This document shows positions 40,658 through 52,958 of a stretch of 64,000 nt of DNA, one piece after another (position 1 is the stretch's first letter; the number at the start of each line of letters is the position of its first letter). The notes under the pieces are model-generated. The model made no database searches, was not told where the DNA came from, and worked only from the letters and a program-made list of their open reading frames with translations. The DNA comes from Vermamoeba vermiformis (Eukaryota). The translations under genes were made by a program, and so were the position numbers. The DNA is taken from contig JBEWZL010000237.1 of NCBI GenBank assembly GCA_045837725.1, positions 1 to 64,000 on the forward strand. Reading direction: 5' to 3'.

Positions 40658-42295
40658 ATGAGCACTAAAATTCTAAATTGGGATATTAAATTGAGCCAAG
40701 ACGTCCTAGGAAGCTTGCTAAACTGCGCTACTGGCCTTCAAGTCTCCGGATTAAAGGTGAATCTGAAGCCTGGCTTATTTAAAGTTGTAGACGGCGCAGC
40801 AGAGCTATTCTTCCACGCAGATAATGGCGCCGAAGTGTCTATAAATGCGATTTTGCGCATCAAAAAGGCATCAGCAACCAGCGTCACACTGATCCCCGAG
40901 AAATTTGATCTAAATCCAAAATTTGTCAAGGTCAGTCACAATTCACAAAAACTTTTTGTTTCTGTACCTCCAATTACTTCCGATGGACTTGGAAAAGATG
41001 ATAGCACTCTTCTTGGAAACAGCATGCTTGATTTTTTGTTGCCGATTCTATTGGAAGCGATGATGACAGGACACAGCACCGCCATTCCCAAGTCTTCACC
41101 GACCACGGTAGACGGTGACACACTGCCAAAACTGATCGACAAAGCGACCATTCAACAAGTCGTCGTTAATCTTGCCGGCGAGTTCAAGTACTTCGAGACA
41201 GCTGTCAAACTGAGAGACGCATCCAATGTCACTCTCACTGACGTGTACCTCGATCTGGCGCACAAACAGCTCGAGTCAATGGCATCCGTGAATCTTCTCG
41301 TTGCTGATGGTACTATCAAGCCCTCAAAGTCTGGCTTACTGAACCTTCACGATCTGCAATTGTTGATACCACAACTTGCGTTGGAGGCCAACAATAGAAC
41401 CGTGCACGTGCAATCTCTTGCTCCGTTCAGTATCAACTTCGGTGGCAGTGGCAGTGCAGTGCTCAACATTGGCAACACAACGATCAACTTGACGCAAGGA
41501 GCGCTTCAGATCGAGCAACTCGAAGCAACGGAATCACCCGATGCAACATCTCTGCAGTTCACTGTCAATGCTCAGTTGAAGCATGCGATGACGTTAACAC
41601 TCGGGGATGGCATGCAACTCATTGCAAGTCAGTTCCACAGTCGTGTCCACATCGGCGCGGAGTCACAGATCCAAAGCCTGCAAGCCCGTCTAGCGATCGA
41701 TAAATCTCGTCTTCTCGCGCTATTAAAGCCTGAAATAGAACGCAAGTTAGTTGGCGTACGTTTGCACGGCGAATTCAATTACGGACCTGCTTTGAACGAG
41801 AAGTTGATGAGCGTCGACATCCAGCCAGGAGTCACTGCGCAGCTTCAATGGGTCCATGGCACTAACGACGCAGTTGACGTGACTATCAATGCAAAGCTGG
41901 GAGGCGAGCACAAGACTTTCATCGCAAGCAAAGGACTGTTCGATTGGCCAATGAAGTGGGAGAGTGATGGCCACATAGTGATGGGCGATGCCAATGCTTC
42001 GTTGCGATGCAGCCTCAAAATCAATCCAGGTAACAACGCGAGCATCGGAGTCAACACGACAGTAAACAGCCTTCAGCTGCCCTCGATCAGCATCTTCCTC
42101 ATCCCGGTTGGCGATTTGCTCTCACAATTTGGCCATCTCTTCAAAGTACCTGATACGAGTGTACCTCTCCCTAACATTGGCACTGCCACTGGATTGTCAT
42201 TCATGCGTGGTTTGAGCATCAAATTCGCGCAGTTTGTTCCCTCCCAGACCGGCAACACGGTTGATCTAGATATTAATGTTAGCAATGATAGATAA
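40658..42295 (+). CDS. Intronless 545-aa beta-strand-rich protein of unknown function (possibly TULIP/AsmA-like fold)
   Basis: Long clean ORF with amphipathic beta pattern; no signal peptide or catalytic motif recognised. The fold is a guess. Confidence 0.75.
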   Translation: MSTKILNWDIKLSQDVLGSLLNCATGLQVSGLKVNLKPGLFKVVDGAAELFFHADNGAEVSINAILRIKKASATSVTLIPEKFDLNPKFVKVSHNSQKLFVSVPPITSDGLGKDDSTLLGNSMLDFLLPILLEAMMTGHSTAIPKSSPTTVDGDTLPKLIDKATIQQVVVNLAGEFKYFETAVKLRDASNVTLTDVYLDLAHKQLESMASVNLLVADGTIKPSKSGLLNLHDLQLLIPQLALEANNRTVHVQSLAPFSINFGGSGSAVLNIGNTTINLTQGALQIEQLEATESPDATSLQFTVNAQLKHAMTLTLGDGMQLIASQFHSRVHIGAESQIQSLQARLAIDKSRLLALLKPEIERKLVGVRLHGEFNYGPALNEKLMSVDIQPGVTAQLQWVHGTNDAVDVTINAKLGGEHKTFIASKGLFDWPMKWESDGHIVMGDANASLRCSLKINPGNNASIGVNTTVNSLQLPSISIFLIPVGDLLSQFGHLFKVPDTSVPLPNIGTATGLSFMRGLSIKFAQFVPSQTGNTVDLDINVSNDR

Positions 42296-42960
42296 AAATT
42301 AATAATTAAGTGCATAGCTAAATTTGGCTTTAGTTCCTCATCATTCAATATCCCGATAATAATTCATACAAAAAATTTAATTAATTGTAAATAATAAGAT
42401 AATTGCGATATCTTGCAAAATAATACACGAGTATTGAGGTAATATTTTTAAATAAAAGATTTACCTGCATTGTTTCAAAATTAGGCAAACGCTTCATGCT
42501 ACTGCTATTGTTACAACCGGCGCCAGAATATCGTAATAATTTAAAATAGGTTTGCGTGAGTGCAGTTGTATAGTTAACGTTTCGTGTTACAGAAACGAAT
42601 TTATTTCTGGCGATGATGGGAACACAAAACTGTTGCACAAACCCGTACATTGCATCCCGCCTTACCTTAGCCTTCAAATGACAACGCGCGTTATGTCAAC
42701 AAGCCGGTTATCGTGACGCTTTATTATCAAGGCATAGCCTTTTCTAGGTGGTTTAATTAAATTGACCGCGTAACGTTGGCTGAAAGGTAACGAAAACAAT
42801 ACAGTACTGCTTATTCGTCTGAGTCTGGATAAAATTCATCTTTGAGGTTCTTCATGAAGCCCATAAGGCTTGCTAGTTGAGGTTGTAAGGGATACGTTTG
42901 TGCATTGATTTCACTACTTGCATTAGCGTACAGTACGCGAGTTAATTAATATGCTGTGAC

Positions 42961-45906
42961 TTACTGTACGTGCGACGGCAATCCGATAAATCTGCGGTGA
43001 GATAGGATTGGTGAGAAATCTTCTGCTTGTGGCGCCAAGTTGCTGAACCCAATGGCAACAATCTCGTCATTTGGCTGACCAACGAGAATGAAGGGAGCCC
43101 AAACGAGGTGTGCTGGATCCCTGTCGCGTGCTGCAAGCATTGCATTGCGTAAAGCGACGTCTTTTGGCTGACTAAAAATGATAAAGTTTGTGTAAAAGTC
43201 GACCATCAGCTGAACTGTCTTTTCATCGGAGATTGGCCAAAGAGACGCAATCACAGTGGGTACTCCTGCAAGCAAGAAGGCTCTGTAATAATGTTAGTCC
43301 TCAATTAATCAATCTCGATTTGCACGCACCTGACAAGTCCTGCAACGCCATCGCTGCTGACGTCACCACGTGCTGTATTGCACGCTGAAAGAACGACCAT
43401 CTCGGTGTGCTTCAAATTCAGCAGTTGGATTTCATCTGAAGATTACGTAAGAAACTGTAAGCTGAACAACTTGTCTATTTTACTTGACCACAGTGAGCCA
43501 TTGTTTCCAGCCAGTTCAATGCTGCCTGTGAAGTTTTCACCTGACTCGGTAACAACGCTACTCAAACCAGCGTGCGTGGCAAAATGAGCCAAGTGCGACG
43601 AGGACAGCTCTGCTAAAGTCTTTTCCTTGGTGGCCTCGGTGTTCAACAGCACTTTAAGCTCACAATTCCAGTCTTCAAATGCTGTTTGGACATCTCTCGT
43701 TTCTTGTTCAGCGTAAGGTAAAGGTTGGAGATCAGGACGATGAGGGTGACCGACCAATAAGCAGCGAGGAGTGGCCTCTTTATCTTCTGTATGGTGACGT
43801 GTCAGTGGCTTGTCACGGTACATCTTTTGTGTCAACATGAAGAGCTGTATGGAGTATTGCACGGAGATAACGAACGAATCGATCAGTGCACTCTGCGATG
43901 TAGCGCCCAATGCAGCAAATGGTATTAAGAATAAGGGTCCCTAAAGCAAGTCAGAATTGCTGTTTGAGTCACGAAGATCTTACCGAAGGAACTATGAGCA
44001 GCGCGGGCTTCTTATCGTTCCAAAAAGAATCTTCTTCCGTTTCGTTCGAAAAAGGAAGATAATCTTTGATGGGCTCAATGAGTACGTTGTAAAGTGCGGC
44101 CAAACACTCTTCTGTTGACGCTACGCCATGCAATTCAACGGACTTTGCTGGCACACCTCTATGTGCATCCGATCCTGAATCCATTTGTTTTGTGTTTGAA
44201 CGAGTGCCAATGGCGTCACGAGTCCTTGTGACAAGGTCTGCAAGTGATTTGAAGTCGTTCGAATCAATCTTTTGCTGATGAAAACGAACTTTGTTGTTCG
44301 GGCAAATGACCCACGTTAACAGCACTTCATTAGAAGCAACACCAGATCTTTGTTATGAGATAGACGACCATCGTCAACTTGATTCGCTGAGTCCACTATC
44401 GTTTGAAGTGTAAATTTGCATGTACTGCTCGTATTTTTCTTCAGGTATTGGACACAAGCTCGAGCACGCTATTTCAGTGTCATCAACGCGGACTCGTGAT
44501 TGCCGATGCCAATAAGAGCTAGTATCAGCAAGTCAGAGACTTGGGCTTGTTTGCGCAGTAGTGCGACGCGTCGTACATCCAACGCCAATGAATTTTCATC
44601 TTCGCTTTCGATGTCCGTGGAAAGCACATCGTAGGACTTGAGTGCTTCGCTCAAATGTGTCACTGCATCTTCGTAACTCTGCTCAATGAGTAGCAGTCTC
44701 CCGAGCAGCGTCCGAACCAAGATTTGATCTCCAATTGACAGCGCGTCGATGCCGTCAAGTGCTAATTGAAGGTTGGTCTTTGCCTCTTGTGCACTCTTTG
44801 GCAGCACACATGTCGCGAGCCGTAAGTGGAACTCTGCTTCGAGCTCAGGGGCTGGTTTGTCTTTGAGTAGACTAAGAGCGCCATCGGTATCACCTTGGTC
44901 AATTAGCAGTTCAGCGAGGTGAACTCGGCACAAGTCGCGCTCTTTGCTGTCAGTCGCTGCTTGCTGTGCCAGTGTTAAATAGTGTTGCGCATCAGCCTTG
45001 GCTCCCGATCGCTTCAAGTACAGTCCTATTCAAGATGAGCTTGATATCAACGGGATGATCGGCTTACCTGCTCGAATTAGCGTAGTGTATATCAGTGACA
45101 GGTCTTCTAGCGGGAGATCTGCGGCAGTTTTCAGACTTTGTGCTGCAGCTTGATACTTTCCTTGCTTATCTTGCAGGAAGCCAGTAATAATAAGCGCTTT
45201 TGCTTGAACTTCAGGGTCATTCACCGTGTGAGTGCAGAGAAGATCAATGATGACACTGACGGGCAGCAATAATTCTAAAAAGAAATCTTTCTCTGGCTTG
45301 GTGTATTTTTCGTATAACAGTTGAATTCCTCGTGCGTTTTCCTTTCATTTGTATGCGCAAGAAGGCTCTTAATCTTGCCAATCATGAGAAGAATTAGCGC
45401 ACCATTGTAAGACGGCTCAGATGCGTGTGATTCAATAGCTAAAAGTTGTGTGTGCGCTAAATTGACGTTTAGTTTCTTCGGATTAAGGGCCAATAATGCA
45501 TAAAACATTCGAAAATAAATTGGCTCGTCGGCAAATACGTCCAGTTTTTCTTTTTCTTCCGTATTTTGAATAGCCGTATTAATTAGTCGCTCGGCGTCCT
45601 CAAGTTTTTGCAATTGCGCAGCGGATTTTGCCGAGAAATAAGCACAGCGGCCAACCCAAGCTCTTATATTCTTCTTTTGAGCTCGATCCAACGCAGTTTG
45701 AAAATGCTTTAAAGCCCGTTTGTAGAGCTTCTTGTCATAATTAAACTTTCCTAATCTGTAATTATCTTCAATAATTTGATACGTTCCTCTCGCCTAGAAT
45801 CATAATCAGACCAATTATTGTTTCGAAATATAAAACAACGCACCAAATCATCGTCAGCACACGTCAAAAGAGGGTTATGAGGCAGTCCAGGTGCGCGATA
45901 ATCCAT
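42961..45906 (-). pseudogene. TPR-CHAT protease B (TTC28-like CHAT), apparently disrupted
   Basis: TPR exons; LLIVPS|GPLFLIPFAAL, LPYAEQE, AHFATHA, VVLSACNTARG, AGVPTVIASLWPISD, WAPFILVG. In-frame TAG at 44469-44471 (ALMTLK*RARA), frameshifts near 44380 and 44345, and an unresolved frame change near 45340. Confidence 0.75.
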
Positions 45907-46440
45907 TGTGTTTGGTTTCTCTTCGTTTACTTGTTTGATTCAATCGAATGAATTCAATGTGTGTTCATAAAAGTTTTCCCGCCCCAAGACATGTGCCTGT
46001 CACTCTTCGCTATTGAAACAACATCGCCAAGCCGCTCATTGTCGAACACTAATAGTTAAATGCTGTCATTAAATTCATAAGAGGGGCTAGAACTAAGGTA
46101 ACGCCCGAAGTGCTGCATCTGTCGAGAAACTGTTATATTGAGTCGTAGCATTAATGTCTTTGTAGTAATTAATATTAATTATATTAATAATTTTTAAATA
46201 ATTTTTGGATAGGTTTGTTAATGTTAAGTGGTTCAAAAGAAAGCAGAATGTTTGGCTGGAACTAATTTAGAACGTACCGCTTGACCTAAAAAAAAGCTAG
46301 CGCGATAAAGATAAACAAGGCGTAGTGCTTTGTGCCTCGTTGCACGAATCTACAGAAATTAATTTAGTAACAGATATTTTTTATTTTGTTCGAAGGTTAA
46401 AAAACTACAAATACTACTTATTCGAAAGAAAGGGCAGCAC

Positions 46441-46848
46441 TTAAAATCGCTTCTTCTTTTCGTTAGCAGCAGGGCTAAGAACGAATGCTCCGAGAAAAGC
46501 GAGACCAAATCCAGTCCAGAGAATGTACATGTTGGTCTTGAAGGCTTCGGGGAGGAACAATCCCTTGTTTTGATAGACCAAATAGAGGCTACCAGCGTAG
46601 CTCAACGCATAAGCGCGGAGAACGAGTCGTTTCACCGCATCGGTGTGGAAAAGTGAGGCCAAAGAGAAGAAAACCATTGTAGCGATGTAAACACCAGCAA
46701 TTGAGAACGCCATATAGGTGTCCTGGCCCGAGGGCATTTTGCCATGATTTTGTTGATACACATCCGAGTTACCGCTAATAAAAACGTAGGACCAAAAGGC
46801 AGAGATGATTGAGGGAACAGCCAAGCAGATATTTTGACCGAGAGTCAT
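46441..46848 (-). CDS. Small 4-TM membrane protein, 135 aa, intronless, C-terminal KKKRF (possible ER retrieval)
   Basis: Four hydrophobic segments; coding-like composition. Confidence 0.8.
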   Translation of the reverse strand: MTLGQNICLAVPSIISAFWSYVFISGNSDVYQQNHGKMPSGQDTYMAFSIAGVYIATMVFFSLASLFHTDAVKRLVLRAYALSYAGSLYLVYQNKGLFLPEAFKTNMYILWTGFGLAFLGAFVLSPAANEKKKRF

Positions 46849-47393
46849 GATGGAAGTGTTGGTATTAGTAGAGTGGTGGTATTATTTAATAAACTATAAA
46901 TTCAAAAAAAAAACGAAGAGCAACGGTCACAAACGTTTGGCGGTTCTAAATTTAGCAAAGTCCAGATATTTTGCGAGATTGTTTATTGCCCTGGTTTGAT
47001 TGCCCTTTGAGTCCTGAATAATTTATTTTACATTTATCTTAGTATAGCTCAGCAAGTTTGGCCGTAGATCAAATAAGGTAAGCATCTTCAATTAGATCCC
47101 GATATTATGAATCTTGAGGTGCTTTGATGTTAAAGCCTCCAATAAATTTAGCACCAACGTGCAGTTATCAAAAATATTAATTATCAACTAATAAGGCTCA
47201 GCTTGTCCAAATTGACTGTTCAATAAAAATCGATCCATAATTAATATTTTTGATTAAAACAAGGCAATTCCATCATAATATTTATAAACATGATTTAACA
47301 AGGCCAATTTGAATTGTTTATTTTTTCTGAAAATTTTCGTGAAGGCAATCTTTTTATTCCGGATAATTATTGATCAATCTCGGTATACTAGGC

Positions 47394-50264
47394 ATGTTGC
47401 GAGCAATAAGCACGAGCATTTCTTCATCAAGAAGGGCTTTAACGACAATTAAGCAGCCTTTATTGTCCTTGACACTTCGCAAGGCTAAATACGGCACTAC
47501 CACGACACAAAAATACGAAGACTTGATATTTCAATCAATTCATAGCCCTGAGAAGTACTGGGGTGATATTGCTAATAGACACGACTCGATTGCTTGGTAC
47601 GTCGCTTTACACCACCCTAGATCCGGATAATTGTTTCAAAATTTCAATTAGGAATTGTTTTGTACCATCATTAGTACCACGTTAATACTATCTATAGACT
47701 ATACTTATAACAACACGCCTTAGGTTCAGAAAATTCGATGAAGTTTTGGACAAATCGAATCCGCCGTTCTATCGATGGTTCAAGGGCGGAATAATGAATA
47801 CTTGCTTCAACTGCCTCGATGTCCATGTGCAACAAGGCCGAGGAGATCAAGTTGCCCTTATTTGGGACAGTCCCGTTTCGGTACGTACATCCGCTTGCTG
47901 GTGATTCAGTTGCAGTTACTTACTCGTACTAGAACGCCATCAAAAAATATACCTATAAAGAACTGCTCGAAGAAGTACGAAAATTTGCCAAAGTTCTCAA
48001 GTCTATGAACGTACATAAAGGAGATCGCGTAGTGATTTACATGCCAATGATTCCTGAGGCTGCTATTGCCATGTTAGCTTGTGCAAGAATAGGAGCTGTT
48101 CATAGGTACATATCCTTGCTTATATTCGATTCTTTACTGATTCTTTGCTGTCAGTGTTGTGTTTGGTGGATTTGCTTCGGATCAGCTCGCTTCAAGAATC
48201 AACCACGCCAAGCCTAAGGTGCGTAATATGAATTATCCATTATTATATCATTATTCATCCATATCTAGGTGGTTGTTACAGCTAACTTTAGCATTGAACC
48301 GACGCATCAAGTCGCGTACAAACCACTTTTGGATCACGCGATTGAATTGTCAGAGCACAAACCCAGTGCTTGTATTATCTACAACGTACGTTATAATCAT
48401 ATTATATGTACCATAACCAACATATTCCTTTAGCGCGAAATCACATCCAATATGAAAGTATCGCCTGCTAAAATGAATGCAGGATTTGACCACGATTGGA
48501 AGACATTGATGAAAAACGTGCACGTGGATCATAAAAAGTACGAACTATACTTATATACGTACTATCAAATACATCTAACAGGTTATAAGGGACGACACTA
48601 TCGAGCATTTGAGCGCATTAGATCCGCTCTACATTCTTTACACATCAGGAACGACTGGTAAGCTTAGTATAATATAAGAGTAATGGTAAGCTAAATAATA
48701 TTCGCTAGGCAATCCTAAGGGTGTAGTAAGAGACAACGGAGGTCATGCCGTGGCGTTGAAGTGGAGTTTGAGCAACATTTTTGACATTCAGCCCGGTGAT
48801 GTCTGGTGGGCCGCATCAGACATTGGTTGGGTCGTAGGACACAGTTACATTGTCTATGGTCCACTATTGCAAGGTGCTACGAGTATTATGTACGAGGGCA
48901 AACCCGTCGGCACTCCTGATGTAAGTGTCAACTGCTTTGACACGTGTCATTTGATTGACACTTTGGCATTTAGGCTGGTGCTTTTTGGCGCGTATTGTCG
49001 CAACACAAAGCGAAGAGCATGTTCGCTGCTCCAACTGCAATGCGGGCAATCAAGCGTGATGATCCTGAAGGCAAACTCATTGCCAAATATGGTAAGATAA
49101 GCCTGAACTCGAACAATGGCAATATTAACCAATGGATCTTTAGACCTATCCGCGATGAAGAGTTTGTTTTTAGCTGGGTGAGTATTAGTAATATTTTGAG
49201 CTCTGTTCGTTGACACGTGTCGTTATTCTTTCAGTGAACGAGCGGATCCAGACACAGTGATGTGGACACAAGCGCTAATGAAAGAGAAGCCAGTTATTGA
49301 CCACTGGTGGCAGACTGAGACTGGCTGGCCCATTGCCGCTAACTCGCCAGTCTACGGTCTATTTGACATCAAGCCTGGCTCGTGCTGCAAACCAGTGCCC
49401 GGCTACGATGTGCGCGTGTTTGATCCTGATGGTCACTCCTTGCCGCACGATCATTTGGGCGATGTTGTCATCAAGCTGCCCGTATGTATTGTACACCTAC
49501 ATCAATTCGTCATATTGTTAACGGGCCGAATTTAGATGCCTCCTGGCTGCTTGGTGTCGTTGTATCAAAATGACGAGGGCTGCAAAGAGGCCTATTTCAA
49601 CAAGTATCCTGGCTACTATAGGACTGGGTAAGTACACTAATATAGCATAGCTGTCAAGCACTAACATGCGACAGTGACGCGGGCATGATTGATGCTGATG
49701 GCTACTTGCACATCTTGTCGCGAGTGGACGACATCATCAAAGTTGCTGGGCACAGACTGGCCACCGGCAGCATTGAAGAAGCACTCGCAGCGCATCCTAA
49801 TGTCGCTGAATGTGCTGTGGTTGCCGTTGAGGACTCGATCAAGGGTGAAGTGCCATTGGGTCTTGTTGTCTTGAAGTCAGGCGTGACCAAAGACCACAAC
49901 TCCATCGTGACTGAGTGCATTGAGGTAAACACAATGTTATTGCTAAATTAGCTTTGTATATTAACCTTGTTGTGTTAATTCAGCGAGTTCGAGAACATGT
50001 TGGTCCAGTAGCAGCATTCAGAAAGTGCATCGTAGTCAATCACTTGCCCAAGACTAGATCCGGCAAGATTTTGCGAGCAACATTGAGACAAATAGCTAAC
50101 TCGCATGACTATAAAGTACCTCCTACTATTGGTATGTTATTGAGGACTATTCTAAAAGGTTGGATCTAATTCCTTTTTTAGACAACATTACTGTACTGGA
50201 TCACGTTATTGAGAGGCTGAATACTATTGGTCATGCCACAAAACATAAGAACAAAAAGCATTAA
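47394..50264 (+). CDS. ACSS3: Acyl-CoA synthetase short-chain family 3 / propionate-CoA ligase, likely mitochondrial (many introns)
   Basis: [64 protein letters not shown]; Arg/Ser-rich presequence. Confidence 0.93.
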
Positions 50265-50335
50265 GCGTGAGTGTATTATTAATAACAATAAACAACAATT
50301 CTCAAGCTACTTTTTGAAAACGCATCCGTTTTCAT

Positions 50336-51337
50336 TTATTTTATCAATTTTAGCGCGACTAATTCTGCGCGTAATTGCGTTGGACTTTTATATACAATTC
50401 CGTCAAAGTTGCATTGACGAGCTACGGCTATATTCTTTGGCTTATCGTCGATTAAAAATACGTTCCTTTTGTTTTCAATAAGACCGAACTTCTTAATAAA
50501 ATTATCCCATGTCGTTAAGTAACGAGTGCCTCTTTTTGCTATAATTCAATACTTTTGTTGTCGCATGAAATCCATCAAATTTGACTTTCTGTAAAGAATA
50601 ACCAAATTAGGAAATATTCTACCCAGAAATATTTTGCAACGTACCATCACTGGCAATTTTTGTACTAATTTTTCTAAATGCTCCTCGCCTATATTTGAAA
50701 ATAATACGACTTCGTGGCCATTGGCTACAAATGAAATTAATTAGAAATTATTTGGAACCTTAGATCCGCTTATTTTATCGTTACCTTTCAATTCATCGAT
50801 GATTCTTAGTACCTCGTTATTAAGCTCTTGTGAATTTACAATATTTTCGAATAACGGACTCAGCCAATCAATCAACGATTTATGGTGTGATATTCGACTC
50901 TTCCTGTTGAGATTGAAGCCTTATTAATATTGAATATTACTGCCTTATTACATAAAACGCGTACCTTAATATTTTTTCAGGGTGCTGAAAAGTAAATAAT
51001 TCGATTAATAAGCCAAGTAATGCTCTCGGATGCCATAGCAAGTAAAGTATGACGTGGAACATGTGCCGGAAGAAGATTACACTTAATATCATTGAAAAAT
51101 GTCTAGGTTTAACAACAACGTGATGAAGATCAAACGCTACCTAAATATTCAATGAAATCGGTTAAAAGGATCCAAAAATTCAAATAAAATTGTCAAAAAT
51201 TGTTAAAAAGCAAATTAAGCTACTAAAGCGCCATTAAATAATAGATAGTTCGTTTTGTATTTTAATAGTTAATTTCAATAACTTACTAACGTTTTTAATT
51301 TTGGGTTTACACGATCCACCTGTGAGTATGTCTCCAT
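50336..51337 (-). pseudogene. HAD-superfamily hydrolase with a frameshift near the 3' end (not in ORF track)
   Basis: Exons give VAFDLHHV (motif I variant), ELKANGHEVVLFSN (II), NYSKK (III), FLIDDKPKNIAVAR (IV); frame break at ~50516-50522. Confidence 0.65.
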
Positions 51338-51800
51338 TTTAGGTTCAACAGCTGACATAATCACCTTTTATGTATTTGCATGTGCTATGCTATGTTGTTG
51401 TGTTGAAGATTTGACTATTTAAAGGTTACGGGTGATTTTTTCGACGTAGTCTTTTTGTTGGGACAAATTTCTTTACCAATCCTTCGTCGTCAGCAAATTA
51501 TACATTTCTCTTAATATACCATTATAGTAGACATCATTAAAAGAGCCTTTACTAATAACTGGAGCAGCTGGAGCACAGTCTGGATCCATTTATTTTTCTC
51601 AACGATTCCAAAGAAACACCACCCAAGATGATATTTATATTTTAAACTAGCGTGTTTATTATAATATGGTTCGTGGAACTCGATAGATAGATCATAATAA
51701 TGGCTGACGAATCGTAAGTGCCAACCAAATCTGTTTAGAACGGATATTTTACAATTTTAATTTATTTAAAGAACAATATTATGCATATATTATCCGTGGC

Positions 51801-52740
51801 TTAATAATAGAAAGCCAATAGTGTTGTGAAGGTTATAAGCCAAAATACGCCAAAAATCAAATTCAAAACACCCGCAACCCTATATAAACATGATTAGATA
51901 CTTATTTACATGAAAAATATTTAAATTATTTTCCGTAATTAAAAATTACTATTTACCTTGCGCTGGCGTCGTGACTGACGATGAAACAAGCCCCGATCCA
52001 CCACAGCGGTCCTACAAGCCAACCAAAAGCGAATCTATATTAAAATATATTATTAATAAGCAGAAAGATCGTCAAATATTCAAAATAGACTATTTGAGGT
52101 GAAATCCAGAACGAGACTTACAACATCCAGGCTGTCATTGAAGCTACAGCGCCATCGCGATAATAATAGAAGTCTCTGTCAACATAGTCCCTATCATCAG
52201 TGATTATTACTCGCACAACTTCTTCGTGTGGCTCTTGTACTGGTTGTGCTTGCGGATACGCTTGAGGCGGCATTGGCGTAACAGGCTCGCCCTCGCGATA
52301 TTCAGAGCTAGTAATATGCGTAGTGACTCTAGGGGGTGGTGGCACTACATTTTCAGACGGCATTGGTGTGATCGGTTTTTGAAGCGGATGTGGTGGGACT
52401 ACGCGTTGAAAAGCTTGACCAGGAGGAGGTGGTGGAGCCTCAGGAGGCACAACAAAGATTTCTAAATATAATAAGGATCAATATTAAATCTTTCTAAGCG
52501 GATTTGAATGTCGATCCGATTCAATTTCAAATTTTGAAACTTACGCGGAGCACCGGCTGCCGAACCGACATCGTAATAATATGTCGTATTTGCAGCTGTT
52601 ACTTGTGGCAAGACCTGATTAGGCTGATTTTCCACCTTTTCAGAAATTGGCGATTGATAGTTTGGATGTGGCACGACAGCTCGATTCGGATCGAGTTGAT
52701 CAGTGGTTGAAGGGTTGATTTGCTCGTTCGTGTTCATCAT
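51801..52740 (-). CDS. Proline-rich protein with C-terminal membrane segments (4 exons)
   Basis: Pro/Gln-rich N-terminus; AWML|FAFGWLVGPLWWIGACF...VAGVLNLIFGVFWLI. Confidence 0.75.
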
Positions 52741-52958
52741 TTGAATTTTATAATCTTACCAACGAAGATAAAATGCGTTTTAAGGATCGCGAATTTATTT
52801 GAGAATTCTAAGGAAATTGGTTTATTTTAAAATAATATCCATTTTTGACTTTAAATTGGAATGTTTCATTATTGAATTTAATAAATATAGATGTATTATT
52901 CGTTAGTCGAGCATTGTTCTAACTTTTAGACTTCAGATTCAGCCAAGCGATAGAGATT

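Noticed and set aside
44469-44471. Stop-codon reassignment as the explanation for the in-frame TAG in CHAT B
   Set aside because: TAG, TAA and TGA all terminate other genes here, and long ORFs lack internal stops.
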